Source: Octopus vulgaris (lineage: Eukaryota). Taken from it: a stretch of DNA of 64,000 nucleotides. The notes under the pieces were generated by a model, which worked only from the letters and a program-made list of their open reading frames with translations, did no database searches and was not told where the DNA came from. The stretch lies in the NCBI GenBank assembly GCA_951406725.2, contig OX597828.1, positions 26,288,001 through 26,352,000 of the forward strand, written 5' to 3'. Shown here in pieces: positions 13,049-26,949 of this stretch. The translations under genes were made by a program, and so were the position numbers. Position 1 is the first letter of the stretch; the number at the start of each line of letters is the position of its first letter.

Positions 13049-13406
13049 ATGTTGGGCAAATTTGAGCAAGCTTGACCTGATCATGAGTCTATTTTGTTCT
13101 TGAGCTACACCCGACGAACTCTTGAAGTTAGGCAATATGTAGTTTGCAATCCTTAGTTGAAGCCTACTCCAAGTTGACTTCACATTTCATCACTCGTCTG
13201 TTCTCATCAAACAAACCAACTGAATCAAACACAATTATTTCCCTTGCCCAAAACATAGTTATAGGGGGCAGTAGAATAGCCATAGTAAGATTTGAGATAT
13301 TTAACCATGTGATCCAGTAATTAAACCAAATAAATCCCATTATGTTGCAATAATGTATTAACAATTAGTTAGAAAATAGAAGAGTGATATTCTCTCTCTC
13401 TCTCTG

Positions 13407-13466
<60 letters not shown>

Positions 13467-14547
13467 ATTAATTCACAAAGTCAAATGTCTTTTCTTCAAC
13501 TCTCATTTTCCTGGACACAGCTTTACAAACTCCCACTTCACAAATTACTTAAAAACAATGATCGCCAGAGGGGGAAGAGAGTATAAAAGAGAGGGTTAGT
13601 AGTTGAGACAGAGAGTAGCAAGTGAGTAGAGGGTGGGGTGAGGTGGGGTGGGGTGAGGTGGGGTGGGGTGAGGTGGGGTGGGGTGGGGGTGAATATTAAT
13701 TAAAAAACAAAAATTTAATTACCCACCAGGTTGAGTTTGGATATTTTATTTCTACACCTCATACCACCCAGCTATTACAAGCTCTTTATACAAACTGAGC
13801 TTTTGTCCTTTACTTCAAATTTCATTATATTACATTCCCCACCACCAACACCACACTACTACTACTACTACTATTACTACTACTTCTGCTACTACTAAAT
13901 AAATGAATCTTAAAAAAATCCAACAACATTCAGAATGTAGCTGTTTAATACAAAATAACAGCTGTGCTAATCCCATGAAAAACAGTGTTGACTTCTTCCC
14001 ATGATGCTTTTCAGCACAAATTAACTCCCCCTGATACTCCTGCTTAAAAAAAAAAAAAATTTTTTTTTTTTTTTCAATAAGTCAAATAAATAAATAAAAA
14101 CTATGTCAGTTAATCCTACATCAGGGTATGTTACCAGGGTGTGAAGAACATTGTACTGCTGCTTCAACATTAGAACATTAGACTGGATCATATTATATGA
14201 AGCAAAGAGAAAAGTTAGGAGCAGCAGGGGAGGTTATGGTCTTATTTAAAATTCTAGAAAAACAATCCACACCAAATGAATCTCAAGAAAGGAAAATATG
14301 CCTTTTTGTCTTCTATTTTCTTTTCTTTGTTTTGCTTTATCTGTTTTAGTCATTGAACTGCAGCCATACTGGGGGTGGGGGTGAGGGCAGGGCACAGTTT
14401 GAAAAAACTGAGTTGAGTAAATCAATCCCAAGGCTACTACTTATTCTATCACTCTCTTTTTGTCAGATTGCTAAGTTACAGGGACGTAAACAAACCAACA
14501 ACAGTTGTCAAGGAGTGGGTGGGGGATAAAAAAACAAACAGCCAGCC

Positions 14548-14600
<53 letters not shown>

Positions 14601-14724
14601 CATTGCAAGTTCATTCCCAATGCACAGCACTTTAGGTAGGTGTCTTCTACTAAAGTTCCAGACTTTCCAAGTGGATGGAAACTGTGCAGAAGCTTGTTAT
14701 TAAAAAAAATAATTTTTGAAATTC

Positions 14725-14762
<38 letters not shown>

Positions 14763-14799
14763 ATGAGTGTGCATATGTTTGTGTCACCTTGACATCACG

Positions 14800-15300
14800 T
14801 GATTGTTGTGATGTCATTTCAATCTCCTGTGAAAAAGCCTGTCTGGCCATGGAGGGGGAAAATCTTACCTTGCTTGGAAACAGGTGAGAGCTGGTGACAG
14901 ACAGAGCATCTGGGTGTAGAGAATATGTCACACTAGACTCCATCCATCACATGCAAAGTGGACATTGGAAACAATGATGATGATGATGATGATGATGATG
15001 TTGACAAAGATGTAACTACCCTGTAACCATGGAAACTCTTCTTGCACAAGTTTGCCTAACTGACAGGTAACCAGTACCATCATCTTTTGTCCATTTTAAC
15101 ATCCGCACTTCCGTTTCCATGCAAACCCAGGTCAGATGAAATTCACTGAGGCTGAGTCTTTTAGGGCTGGATGCCCTTCCTATGTCACCGACCCTCAGCT
15201 GTTTCCAAGTAAAGTAACATCTTCCCCATGGCTGGACAGGCTTCGATGGAAGACTGGAAATGATAGACAATGCTTGTTCGACAGTAATGTCAGTTTAAAT
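14800..15300. mobile_element. Inverted pair of RTE-type 3' UTR fragments (family C)
   Basis: Plus copy ends aaagtggacatt..(TGA)n at ~15000; minus copy starts catcatc..ttaacatcc..tttccatgc at ~15080. Confidence 0.6.
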
Positions 15301-15871
15301 CTTTTCTGAATGATGTGAATACTAGGAGACACAATCGCACACACTCGGAAGGGAGGAATGAATCACCACTAGGATGGTACTCATTTCCAGTTGAGAAAAC
15401 TGGAACAAAATGAAATGAAGTGCTTTGCACACATTACCACCCAATCCAAGAGTCCGCCCATGACCCTCTCATCATCAGCGTAATGACCAAACCATTTGGC
15501 TACAAACATAATATACATACACACACACGCACACACACACATATATATATATACACATATGTATACATACGCATACATACACACATCTATCCATCCATGT
15601 ATACATATATTCAGACAACCAATAAACTACAAAAACAAACATGGCTGTCTAGATTGAAAGAAAGATAATTGGCTTTGCTTTGTCTGTTTATGTTGTGGAC
15701 ATGTGTGTGTATGTGTGTATGTGTGTATGTGTGTGTATGTGTGTGTGTAAACAGAATATTTGTAAGTATGAATGCAGAGGGAAGAGAGTTATCCTTGCAT
15801 TTTTTATCAATTTATAATTAATTTTTTCAGTCATTTCATTTTTGCTGCCCTTGCGGCAAATAAAGAACCAA

Positions 15872-16098
15872 TTATTATTATCATTATTTTATTGTCTTTA
15901 CACAGCTTCTAATGCTGGAGATGTACTATGGTGCCAGCTGTTCACTACCAGTGAACTAAAGTAAGACCCCTTACTTTTCGAGCACCTTCCAGAGTATTCC
16001 AGCAGTTCCAAGCATTGCTGTTTTCTGCAAGTGTTCCGCCCCCACCTATTGCACCCCCAATTTGCTCAATGTACTTTTCAAGATTTTTACTCACTGTA
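15872..16098 (-). mobile_element. R4/Dong-like (RLE) LINE 3' end in (TAA)n
   Basis: Minus strand encodes TVSKNLEKYIEQIG..EHLQKTAMLGTAGILWKVLEK* (family motif QKxALLGTARILRKVL); stop at 15973-15971; (TAA)n tail. Confidence 0.75.
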
Positions 16099-16136
16099 AA
16101 AATTATTTTTATTATTTTTACTTAATGTAAAAATGA

Positions 16137-16192
<56 letters not shown>

Positions 16193-16323
16193 TTCTACAC
16201 TAGGCACAAGACCCAAAATTTTGGGGGAGGGGGACAGTTGATTACACCTACTCCAGTACGCGAATGGCACTTAATTTATCGACAGAATTTGAACTTATTA
16301 TTATTATTATGATTATTATTATC

Positions 16324-16354
<31 letters not shown>

Positions 16355-16355
16355 A

Positions 16356-16575
16356 AGGCATCAAGCAGGCAGAAATGTAAGCATGCTGGATAAAATGCTC
16401 AGTTAACATTTTACACATCTTTATGTTCTGAGTTCAAATTCCACCAGGACTAAATTTGCCTTTCATCCTTTCAGGGTCAATAAAATAGGTACCAGTTGCA
16501 TACTGAGGTCCATGTAATTGACCAACGCCCTCCAATCAAATTTCAGGCCTTTTTGTCTGGAGTAGAAAGCATCAT
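16356..16575 (+). mobile_element. SINE family B (short-tail type)
   Basis: gcagaa..agcatgctgg..tgagttcaaattcc..gcctttcatcctttcagggtc..aatttcaggcc..agtagaaag. Confidence 0.75.
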
Positions 16576-16579
16576 TATT

Positions 16580-17240
16580 GTGCACTACTGACCTGTGGAA
16601 CTTTGTCCGAACAGCTGTTGTCACATGTAGGATGGATCCGGGTTATCAGCCAAGTCCATTGTGAAGATCGAACCCCACCCCCCCACCCCACTGCCTTCTT
16701 TTGGCCAGGAGGGAATCACAGTTTTCCTGTGCCTGGTGGCGAAAGAGGTAACGTAATGGACAAGGCTGAAAGGACTGAAGACAGATACTTTCCCCTTTGG
16801 CCAATCCCTCATTGACTTTTTCAAGTGGAACTTGAAAAGGAAAGTGAGGGTGGAGAAGGAAGTACTGCCCCCACCACCACCACCACCACCACCAGTAAGT
16901 TTGTTGAAAGGTGGGGGGGTCATGTTGTGAAAACAGCTCATGTGGATGGTTCCCCCCCCCCCGACTCTGAATATTCCTCTATAAGGTGGAATAGTTGAGG
17001 GGGAAGAGAGGTACCTACCTGATGTGCCTTTGGCAGTCGGGCGGGGTGACTAGGATGAGTGGGATGCCCTGGTTGGCCTTGACTCGAACTCCCCCACCCC
17101 ACCCATTGGGGAATTTTGTTGTTTAATTTTTTCTGTTTTTTTTTTTCTTTTGCACGTTTTCTGTTTCAAACCCCACTTGTCCCTTGTTTTCTATTGTCCC
17201 TAATTGCTTTTGTGTCCAGCCCTTGTGGCTAATAAAGAAA
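16580..17240 (+). mobile_element. L1/Tx1-like LINE 3' end (degraded ORF2 C-terminus + 3' UTR)
   Basis: Frameshifted LWNF..LLSHVG..VAKEV..RLKGLK..FFK..LKRKVRVEKEVL..F..RW, similar to Tx1 ORF2 ends; T-rich UTR ending cccttgtggctaataaagaaa. Confidence 0.55.
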
Positions 17241-17876
17241 GGATAATTATTATTATTATCATTATTACTATTATCATTATTATTATTATATCGCTGTTAG
17301 CTCTTTTTTGGGGGGGTTTGGTGGTGATGGTTGTAGAGGTGATGGTTGTAAAGGTGATGGTGGTGAGTGTGTGTGTGTGCTTGTTGTATGTAGGTGTCTT
17401 GTCTTTTGTCTTGGTGTAAATTGTAATTAAGCTGTTATGTATGCCTTGGCAGAGAATAGAAATGTTTAGAGAGACTGTTTATATAAGACTACAACAAAGG
17501 CAAGAGATGATGGAGATGTGATGAAGGTGTGTACAAGATGAGTTGTAGATGTGAACAGAGGGCTGGGGTGGGTTTTTTTTTATTATTTTGTTTTTGTGAC
17601 ACGATTTTCTTAACTTTACTTTATTCTAGTTATTTATTACGTTTTTTTTTATTAATTCATTTATTTACTTTTATTTGTTTTTTTTTTTTTTTTCATTTTC
17701 ATGTGGAATCTCTAGAACAACACAAGCAGCTGGCCAGAATCACATACACACACACACACATGTATACACATACACATACACACACACAAACACATGTATA
17801 TATGCACATACATAAACTACACACACACACACATGCATCATGCTGTCCACAATCCTCCTAACATCAATACATCCAC

Positions 17877-17907
<31 letters not shown>

Positions 17908-18085
17908 ACACTCAAATATATATCTACACACACACCCATCACTAACACCACCTAGTGACAACCCCATGTACTACAACATTTAACAGACAAGAGATTTCTT
18001 ATTTTCCAAAGCTACACCATGTATGTATAAATGGATATGTGTGTGTGTGTATGTATGTAAATGTATTTATATGTTTATAAATAAG

Positions 18086-18116
<31 letters not shown>

Positions 18117-18866
18117 ACACACATATATATATATAATTACACACATATCTTTATCTATCTTATCTACATTTCCTTCTTTCTCTCCATTTTGCTCTCCTTT
18201 TTGTCTCACACACCTATTTACATCCTCTCTCTCTCTATCTCTCTCTCTTTCTCTCACTCACTCACTCATTCAATAAGCACCCCATTAATGCAACCCTTTA
18301 AATACTACCATCTTGCTCCCCCCCCCCACTCTACTCCACCCTCACCCCTACCACCCATCCTGCCCCTAATTTTACTACGCATAAAACACCTTCCACATAT
18401 CCATTTCTCCATGTTTCCATCCCGATGAAAGCCACTTTTCTCCTGTGTGTATACATACATACATACATATACATATAAATATATATATATATATACACAC
18501 AAAGACAGAGAGACATACACATATATTTATACATATGTATATATATATGTATATATATATATATGTATATGTGCATGTGTGTGTGCATGTGCTTGTGTAT
18601 ACATACATACATACATACATACATACATGCGTACATACATGTATGTATGTACGTATGTATTTTTTTAATTCACCAGCTGCCATTTTCTTCTCTCAAACAA
18701 CAAATACCAAACTCTCTTAAACACACTGATGAAAAAAAAAAAATTGAAATAATATACAAAATCTAAAAAGAAAAGCTCACAAAAAATTCTTTCCATACAT
18801 ATATAACATATATTTTTATATATGTATGTATGTATGTATGTATCTACTATATATATCTCCATTTTC

Positions 18867-18869
<3 letters not shown>

Positions 18870-18965
<96 letters not shown>

Positions 18966-19138
18966 ATATACATATATATATATATACACACATACACACA
19001 CATATACATATATGCATATATATATATATATATATATACACATACATACATACATACATACATACATACATACATACATACATACATACATACATGCATA
19101 CATACATACATACATACATACATACATACATACATACA

Positions 19139-19169
<31 letters not shown>

Positions 19170-19453
19170 TACATATGTGTATGTGTGTGTGTGTTTGTGT
19201 AAGTGTGTGAGTGTGTATGTATCTATATGTATGTTGTATGTATATGTTCTTTTTTTTCTTTTTTTTTCAAAATCTCAAAAGCTAATACAAAAAAAAGAAA
19301 AACAAGAAAACACGGTTGGAATATTAAAAAAAAAAAATAATAAAAAAAGCAGCAGTAAAGAATCGTTTTTCTTCTTAATGCTTCAGATTATTGCAATATG
19401 TGAGAGCTTCAGTGATGCTTGCCCCAGCACCATACCTTCGCACACACACACAT

Positions 19454-19488
<35 letters not shown>

Positions 19489-19594
19489 ACCACATGCATG
19501 TCAATCATTTATGGTGCAGTTAACCCAGCAAACTTTCAAAAGTTGAAGCTTCTAATTGAATACTACACACACATACACATAAGTGTGCATGTAT

Positions 19595-19640
<46 letters not shown>

Positions 19641-19699
19641 GAAACTATTCAATCTGTCTATCTCTATTTATATACAGATGCATACACACACACACACAC

Positions 19700-19732
<33 letters not shown>

Positions 19733-20013
19733 TGTATGTATGTATGTGTGTATGTATGTATGTGTGTGTGTATGTATGCATGTATGTATGTATGTATGTA
19801 TGTATATATGTATGTATGTATGTATGTATGTGTATGTATGTATGTATGTATGTATGTATGTATGTATGTATGCATCTATGTATGTACGTATGTATGTATA
19901 TATGTATGTATATATGTGTGTATGTATATATGTGTGTATGTATGTATGTATGCATGCATGCATGTATGTATGTATATATGTATGTATGTATGTATGTATG
20001 TTGTATGTGTATG

Positions 20014-20045
<32 letters not shown>

Positions 20046-20110
20046 CATGCATGCATGCATGTATGTATGTATGTATGTGTTTGTGTGTGTATGTATGTAT
20101 GTATGTATAT
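18870..20110. repeat. Compound (TA)/(TACA)/(TATG)n microsatellites
   Basis: Visible arrays; source of the spurious 440-aa ORF. Confidence 0.9.
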
Positions 20111-20415
20111 GTAGACAGACAGACAGAGTGATAGACAGGTTACATTGATACAATGATCTTTACGTACAGGTATGTATGTATACAGAATATGTGCATGTCA
20201 GTTTGTGAGTGTGTGTGAGAGAGAAAGAGAAAGAGAAAGAGAGAGAGAGAGAGAGTGTGTGTGTGTGTGTGTAATCTGGCATGAAGAATAATCATGTGTT
20301 TACATGTATGAATGTGTGTGTGTGTGTGTAGCCTGGCATGAGTTATGCATATATACACATTCGTATATGTATATTTTAATTGTGTAAGACGGACATATAC
20401 AATATATATATATAT

Positions 20416-20627
20416 ATTCTTTTATTCTGTTACTTGTTTCAGTCATTTTGACTGCGACCATGCTGGAGCACTGCCTTTAGTTGAGCAAATCGACCCCAGG
20501 ACTTATTCTGTGTAAGCCTAGTACTTACTCTATCAGTCTCTTTTGCCAAATCGCTAAGTTACAGGAACGTAAACACACCAGCATCGGTTGTCAAGCGATG
20601 TTGGGGAACACACACACACAAACATAT

Positions 20628-20663
<36 letters not shown>

Positions 20664-20799
20664 ATGTTTCTGTCTACCAAAATCCACTCACAAGGCATTG
20701 GTCTGCTTGAGGCTATAGTAGAAGACACTTGCCAAAGGTGCAACACAGTGGGACTGAACCCAGAACCACATGGTTGGTAAGCACATAGCCACTCCTGTG

Positions 20800-20802
<3 letters not shown>
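20416..20802 (-). mobile_element. SINE family A
   Basis: Near full-length reverse complement of 33981-34400. Confidence 0.88.
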
Positions 20803-20881
<79 letters not shown>

Positions 20882-21372
20882 CACATATATACAAACACAT
20901 ATATGCATACACACCCATATACTGTGTATATACATGCAGTTACGTTCTACACACACATTCTCTCTCTCTCTCTTTCTCTCGTCCTCTCTCTGTATACTTG
21001 AATTTCTGTTATATCTATTTCAATAGTCTGGTATAGGTAGGCAAGGCCTACAAATTTTGAAGTTGACACAATTTTTTACAACCTATAAAGAAGAACTGTA
21101 AACCATTCTCAGCACTACCAGCACTTTACTCCCCAACTAGAATCAAGGTTAGCAGTATTGGTGATTTCATGAAATTTGGCTACTATTTCTAGCAGCAGGT
21201 CAAACCTGTTGTTGTAGTTGTTGTTGCTGTTGTTTGTAGGTGGTGATGGTGATGGTGATGGCTGTGGTATTTGATGGTAGATGATGGTTTTTTTTTTTTT
21301 CCTCCTCACTAACGAAGCAGCCATGCATAGCCATTGCTTAGAGATAATTAACTCAACTATTACAATAACACC

Positions 21373-21424
<52 letters not shown>

Positions 21425-21878
21425 AACTGCGTTAATTTCATTTCAGTTTCTATTTTCATTCGTTAATGTTAAAAACACAACACAAGCTGTCTGGAAATTC
21501 GGATGGAGGTTGTGGTGGAGGAGGCAGGTGGGGTGGGCATGCTAGGAGCGGAGTTGGAGATGAAGATAATGATGATGATGATGATGATGGCAAAGGTGAT
21601 GCTGAAAGTTTTGCAAGTGGTGGTGGTGGTGGCGGTGGTGGTGGTCATGGTGCTGATGTTGGTGTTGCTAGTACGGGTGGGGTTGGCGGTGGGGAGTGAT
21701 GATGATGATGATGATAATGATGATGATGATGATGATGATGGCGGTCCTAGTGGAGTTGGTGATAGAGATGATGATGATGGTGGTGATGGTGGCGAAGGAG
21801 ATGATGCGATAGAGTCTGTTATAAATGATGAAGTCTGTGAATGAATGAGAGAAGGAAGGATAGAAAGACAGAGCATGA

Positions 21879-21916
<38 letters not shown>

Positions 21917-22383
21917 CAGGCAGGCAGCAAAGCTTTGTCTCTTTGTTGTGTTTAGCTTTTTTCAATATGTCTAAAGAATAATTTGAATAATAATATAAAT
22001 GATTTTGAAAAGGCTGCAGTGCACAAAAAAAACCAAAAAAAAAAGAAAGGAAGAAATTAAAAATAACAAAATACTTTTTAAATGTGAAAAAAAAAACATG
22101 AAAAATATATGTAGTAAAAAATATATATATATATGGAAACAAAAATTATAAAAAAAAAGTAATATGAAGGAACAATGAGAATAGTTATGTGTCCAAATAT
22201 GTCCAAATATGAATATGTGTATACATGTGTGTGTGTGTGTGTGTATATATTTCAGCTGGTGTGTATATATATATAAATATATAAGTTTGTTGTTCCATTG
22301 GATGTACAACTTGAGTGTACATGTACGACAGAATATTGAATGTATTGAGGGGAAAACTGAAGATGAATCAGATGCGATATGTA

Positions 22384-22443
<60 letters not shown>

Positions 22444-22464
22444 GACAGCAATTGCTGGTCATGT

Positions 22465-22655
22465 GATGTATATGGGTGAGAGGAACAGAATAAAAGCCAA
22501 TGGAAGTTGGTTGGAGAAGAGGCCAAAACCATAAGAAACATGGGATGAAGTAGTGAAAGGTTGATCTGAAGATGTTGAATCTCGCAGAGAAGATAACAAA
22601 GGACCAAAGATGATTGGTGATTTGCTGGGATTGAGATGATCAGTTCGTCTGGACA
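22465..22655 (+). pseudogene. Degraded RTE LINE 3' ORF fragment
   Basis: aagaaacatgggatgaagtagtgaa..gatctgaagatgttgaatctc matches the KTWDEVVKxDL region at 62090-62140. Confidence 0.6.
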
Positions 22656-22669
22656 ACCAAGAAGAGTTC

Positions 22670-23092
22670 AGACCTTTTCGGTTTGAAGGGGGCAGTTTTT
22701 AAAAATAATTTCCACGTAACTAAACACTTTTAAAACTTCGTATACTGGTAGAATGTGTTTATAAAACATCTTTTTTCTCGTGGCTTTATTGAGAAAATTC
22801 TAATGGTTTGTAAGATATTTGTTGTTTTTTTTTTCCTTCAATTTCTGCAATTTCAACCAATCAATGACGTCTATTGAAGTAAAAAAAATATTCTGTGCTG
22901 TATGAATATGTCCCTCGTTTAAGAAACAGATTAAATTTATTTATATTTCTGAAGAAAAAAAAGATACCCTTCCTCCCACCCCTAACCCTAAAACAGATTG
23001 AAATGCAATAGATCGATACTAGGGTCATAATTATGGGTGACAATTTCATATGACACCGCTAGAAAAAACTGCCGTTCAAACCGAAAAGATCC
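22670..23092 (+). mobile_element. MITE with ~28-bp TIRs and 8-bp TSD (Merlin-like by GG terminus and 8-bp TSD)
   Basis: TIRs agaccttttcggtttgaa..ggcagttttt / aaaaactgccgttcaaaccgaaaagatcc; TSD aagagttc at 22662-22669 and 23093-23100. Confidence 0.85.
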
Positions 23093-24420
23093 AAGAGTTC
23101 TACTTTATCTTGGATCTCTATGGATTGGTGCTTACGTTTGACGCTATGTGGAAGCCATAGCTAAGGGTAATTGATTTTAAATTAAATAAGCAGAGAGTCG
23201 TTCTACACATTACTATCTCTAGTAACGAATGCAATGTGAATAATTCACGTGAACACATGGGACGCACAACGTCCACTGTGATCGCGCCGTGAACTAGACT
23301 GGCAGCCATGGAAATTTCAAGATTTTCCTCCTTCGTAATTTGTACCGATTATAGGATGTGCTGGACTAGCAGTTGCTGAAAATCAGTGGTCTACCACACA
23401 CACACATGGGGTTGCTAAACTCCCCTGTTCGAAAATATAAGGACACACATAGTATGTCGTATAGCCAGCTGGAGACGATGTTTCCTAGGGTTAACTTACT
23501 ATAACGTTCGTCCCAACCGGGTCTGCCAAATGGCCTTTACTACGTACAAGGCAAATTCCATTGAGGGCACCTTTGTCTTTCATCCGTTGAGGGTCGATGA
23601 AATAAGTACCAGCTGAGCCCTGGAGTAAATGCAATCGATTAGTCAGTCTCCTTCCCCAAAAAATTTCGGGCTTTGTTTGCTTACGTAGAGCAGAAAGAAT
23701 TATTACGATAATGTTTATAGAACATTATAAGAATGAATATAAAACCCATCAGCTGAAGAAAGAACTCAATACATTTTGTAAAGTGCATTATTTATATTTT
23801 GAATGGCAAACAGGTGACGGAGACAATGTTTTGCCTTCAAAAGCTTATTTTTCTTTCTTTCTCCTTCTCCTCCTTCTTCTTCTCCAAAATGTACCAAAAG
23901 GCCCACAGTATGATGAAAGCCTTACAAACAAGTCCCCGCTTATTGTTTAATAAGAGGGTCAGTGACCGCGATAAATAGGGCTGTTTGTCAGCAGCAACAC
24001 AAGTCAACATTTTAATATTATATACATTCACATTAGGGGTAGTAAAGAGGCATTACATATGGTATAATAAGCGGTGGGGGGAGGGGTTTTATGCAACCCT
24101 AACCACCACCACCACCACCACCACCACCACCGCCGTTGCCACCCTCATCATACCCAGAAACCAAGATCGCAGCAATTGTCACCAAAACCACCACCACCAC
24201 CATTGCTACTATAACACCTAGCACTACCACCACCACCACCACTGCCCCCCCCCCACACACACGTCTCCAATATTCTCGACTGTAGAAAGGTGATTAAGAA
24301 TGGGGGAACTTATATGAAAGAAATAAAACAAAAGGCAAGATATGGAGATTCGAAACAGCAGCCTTGCGTTTCACAGGTGGGTGGTGGTAGTGGCAGATGG
24401 GAGGACCTGGACGACAGAGT

Positions 24421-24456
<36 letters not shown>

Positions 24457-24765
24457 AGGATAACGATGAAGTAGTAGTAGGAGGGGGAGGAGAAGGACAA
24501 ACTGTCAACGAGTACTTTTATGGCAACTGTTGCATGCTATGGGGCTGGGTGTGGGAGGGAGGGAAGGCGGAGAGAGAGAGAGAGTGAAAGAAAAGAGGAG
24601 GAGGTGGAGGAGGTGTTGGTATTAGAGTAGGTGTCCCCTAGACCCCACCACCACCACCATCGCCGCCGCCGCCGCCGCTGCCACACGCCGCAGCAACAGC
24701 AGTCGCCTGCACTGATGGTCACCAAGGAGAGAGAAAGCTTGTTGCTTTTAAAGGCTAGCTTCAAA

Positions 24766-24810
<45 letters not shown>

Positions 24811-24853
24811 TAAACAGCAAAGACAGGCAGCTGCTGGAACAAAAAATGAGGGA

Positions 24854-24893
<40 letters not shown>

Positions 24894-25002
24894 TAAGGGA
24901 ACAGGGGAAGGGTTCAGAGAGAGGAGGGAGTCATTTACACATATACAATAAAGAAACGCGTTCCCTTTCACAGAATATTTCTTCCCCCTTGTTAAACCCC
25001 CA

Positions 25003-25340
<338 letters not shown>

Positions 25341-26115
25341 GTCCTATCTATTTATGTATCTATCTATTTGTCTGTCTGTCTACCCCTTTTCTTCAACTGT
25401 TTTACCTGCTTTTATTATATATATATATATATATAATGTGTGTGTGTGTGTGTTTGTGTGTGTAAGCAGATAAAACAAAGAGTGGAAAAAGTGGGGGTAC
25501 CTAGATATATAGGTCTGTCAAATGTCTAGCTAGTGATACTTCAGTCCCTTCAACGTCTCTCTCTTTCTCTTTCCGCACACACACACACACACACACACAC
25601 CAGTGGACGTCCAACAGTGAATTTAGGCAAGGACGACCTACGATCACTACAGCGGTGGGATGTTGAGTATAGGACGAGCAAGCGAGCGGGATAGTTGGAT
25701 GCTTAGCTGGTTATCTCCTTGGTAACCTCCGCCGCAGGTGAAACGACTGGGTTGTGAATCTATAAAAAAAAAAATTGCGGGCTGACTCCGCATCTTGGCG
25801 GAGAAAAAGGCTTTTACACTTTTACACTTTTGACAATGACACGACAACGTTTAGCCTTTTGCCTCTGGTTCGTGTGTGTGTGTGTTTCTTCGAAATGGTG
25901 AATCTCGAAGGAAAACCAAGTTATAAAGGAATAGAGTGTGTAAATAACAGGTTAAGAACCGTTTGGCTAGAAATCGCCGAAGGCACGAACCCACATCCCC
26001 TGTAGACATGACTGACGTTTGACGTGAACGATACGTGTGTGTGTGTGTGTATACTGACTCGCGTGCTTCCTAATGAGAAAAGCGAGAACGTGTATATATG
26101 TACATGTGTGTGTGC

Positions 26116-26162
<47 letters not shown>

Positions 26163-26167
<5 letters not shown>

Positions 26168-26351
26168 AAATATAATATGTGACAATTATTCGGTAGCCAT
26201 GATAAAACTCCGAGTTTCGGATGTCGGGGCGGAAACTCGGAGTTTTATCATGGCTACCGAATAACTGTCACATATTATATTTACACATAAACTCCTCTAT
26301 TTACATAATATCGAGGTCTCTTTCATTCTTTTGTTGTCTTGCCATTTCTAT

Positions 26352-26355
<4 letters not shown>
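26163..26355 (+). mobile_element. PLE-pLTR-like short element with fold-back inversion (palindrome 26163-26287)
   Basis: 56-bp arms with 1 mismatch and a 13-nt loop; GAAA-CTCGGAG-TT hammerhead-like stem III; flanked by (TG)/(TA)n. Confidence 0.6.
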
Positions 26356-26400
<45 letters not shown>

Positions 26401-26404
26401 TATG

Positions 26405-26491
<87 letters not shown>

Positions 26492-26502
26492 GTAGATAGA
26501 TA

Positions 26503-26539
<37 letters not shown>

Positions 26540-26949
26540 CGAGCAACCCTATTGCATCACCGAAGACTGAGTTATTGCGATTCATTTAACAAGTAAGCTG
26601 TATTACTTTCCCCCACTTCATCTCCTCCAGTTGACGGGACCCTCCGTGAATTTAATGGAAGGACACCCGTATTATGAAAAAACGATAAATGAGATGCACC
26701 ATCCGACTAAATCATATTACACACTAAAATCTCTGGTGCTGTAGTAATTTCTAAGAGCGTCCCAGGGCATCTGAGACCCCGCTTCTCATCCCTTGTCCCC
26801 AATCGGTAAAAAATGTTCTTCATGTTTTCAGCAAAACGAAAGAAAAATACACAAATAAAACTGGTTGTTTTATTAGGTCTTTTTGATCGCGTGAGGACGA
26901 TCGACTGTTGAAAGAATGCATAATTACTAAGGTGTCTCATTCTAATAAT

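Noticed and set aside
18826-20148. 440-aa ORF and many similar YI/HT/VC/MYVC ORFs
   Set aside because: Translations of stop-free microsatellites; no domain or normal codon structure
21466-21930. Gly/Asp/Ser-rich ORFs
   Set aside because: Mixed GAT/GGT triplet repeats with no splice or domain support
22978-22993. Telomeric repeat
   Set aside because: Only two CCCTAA units, internal to a MITE
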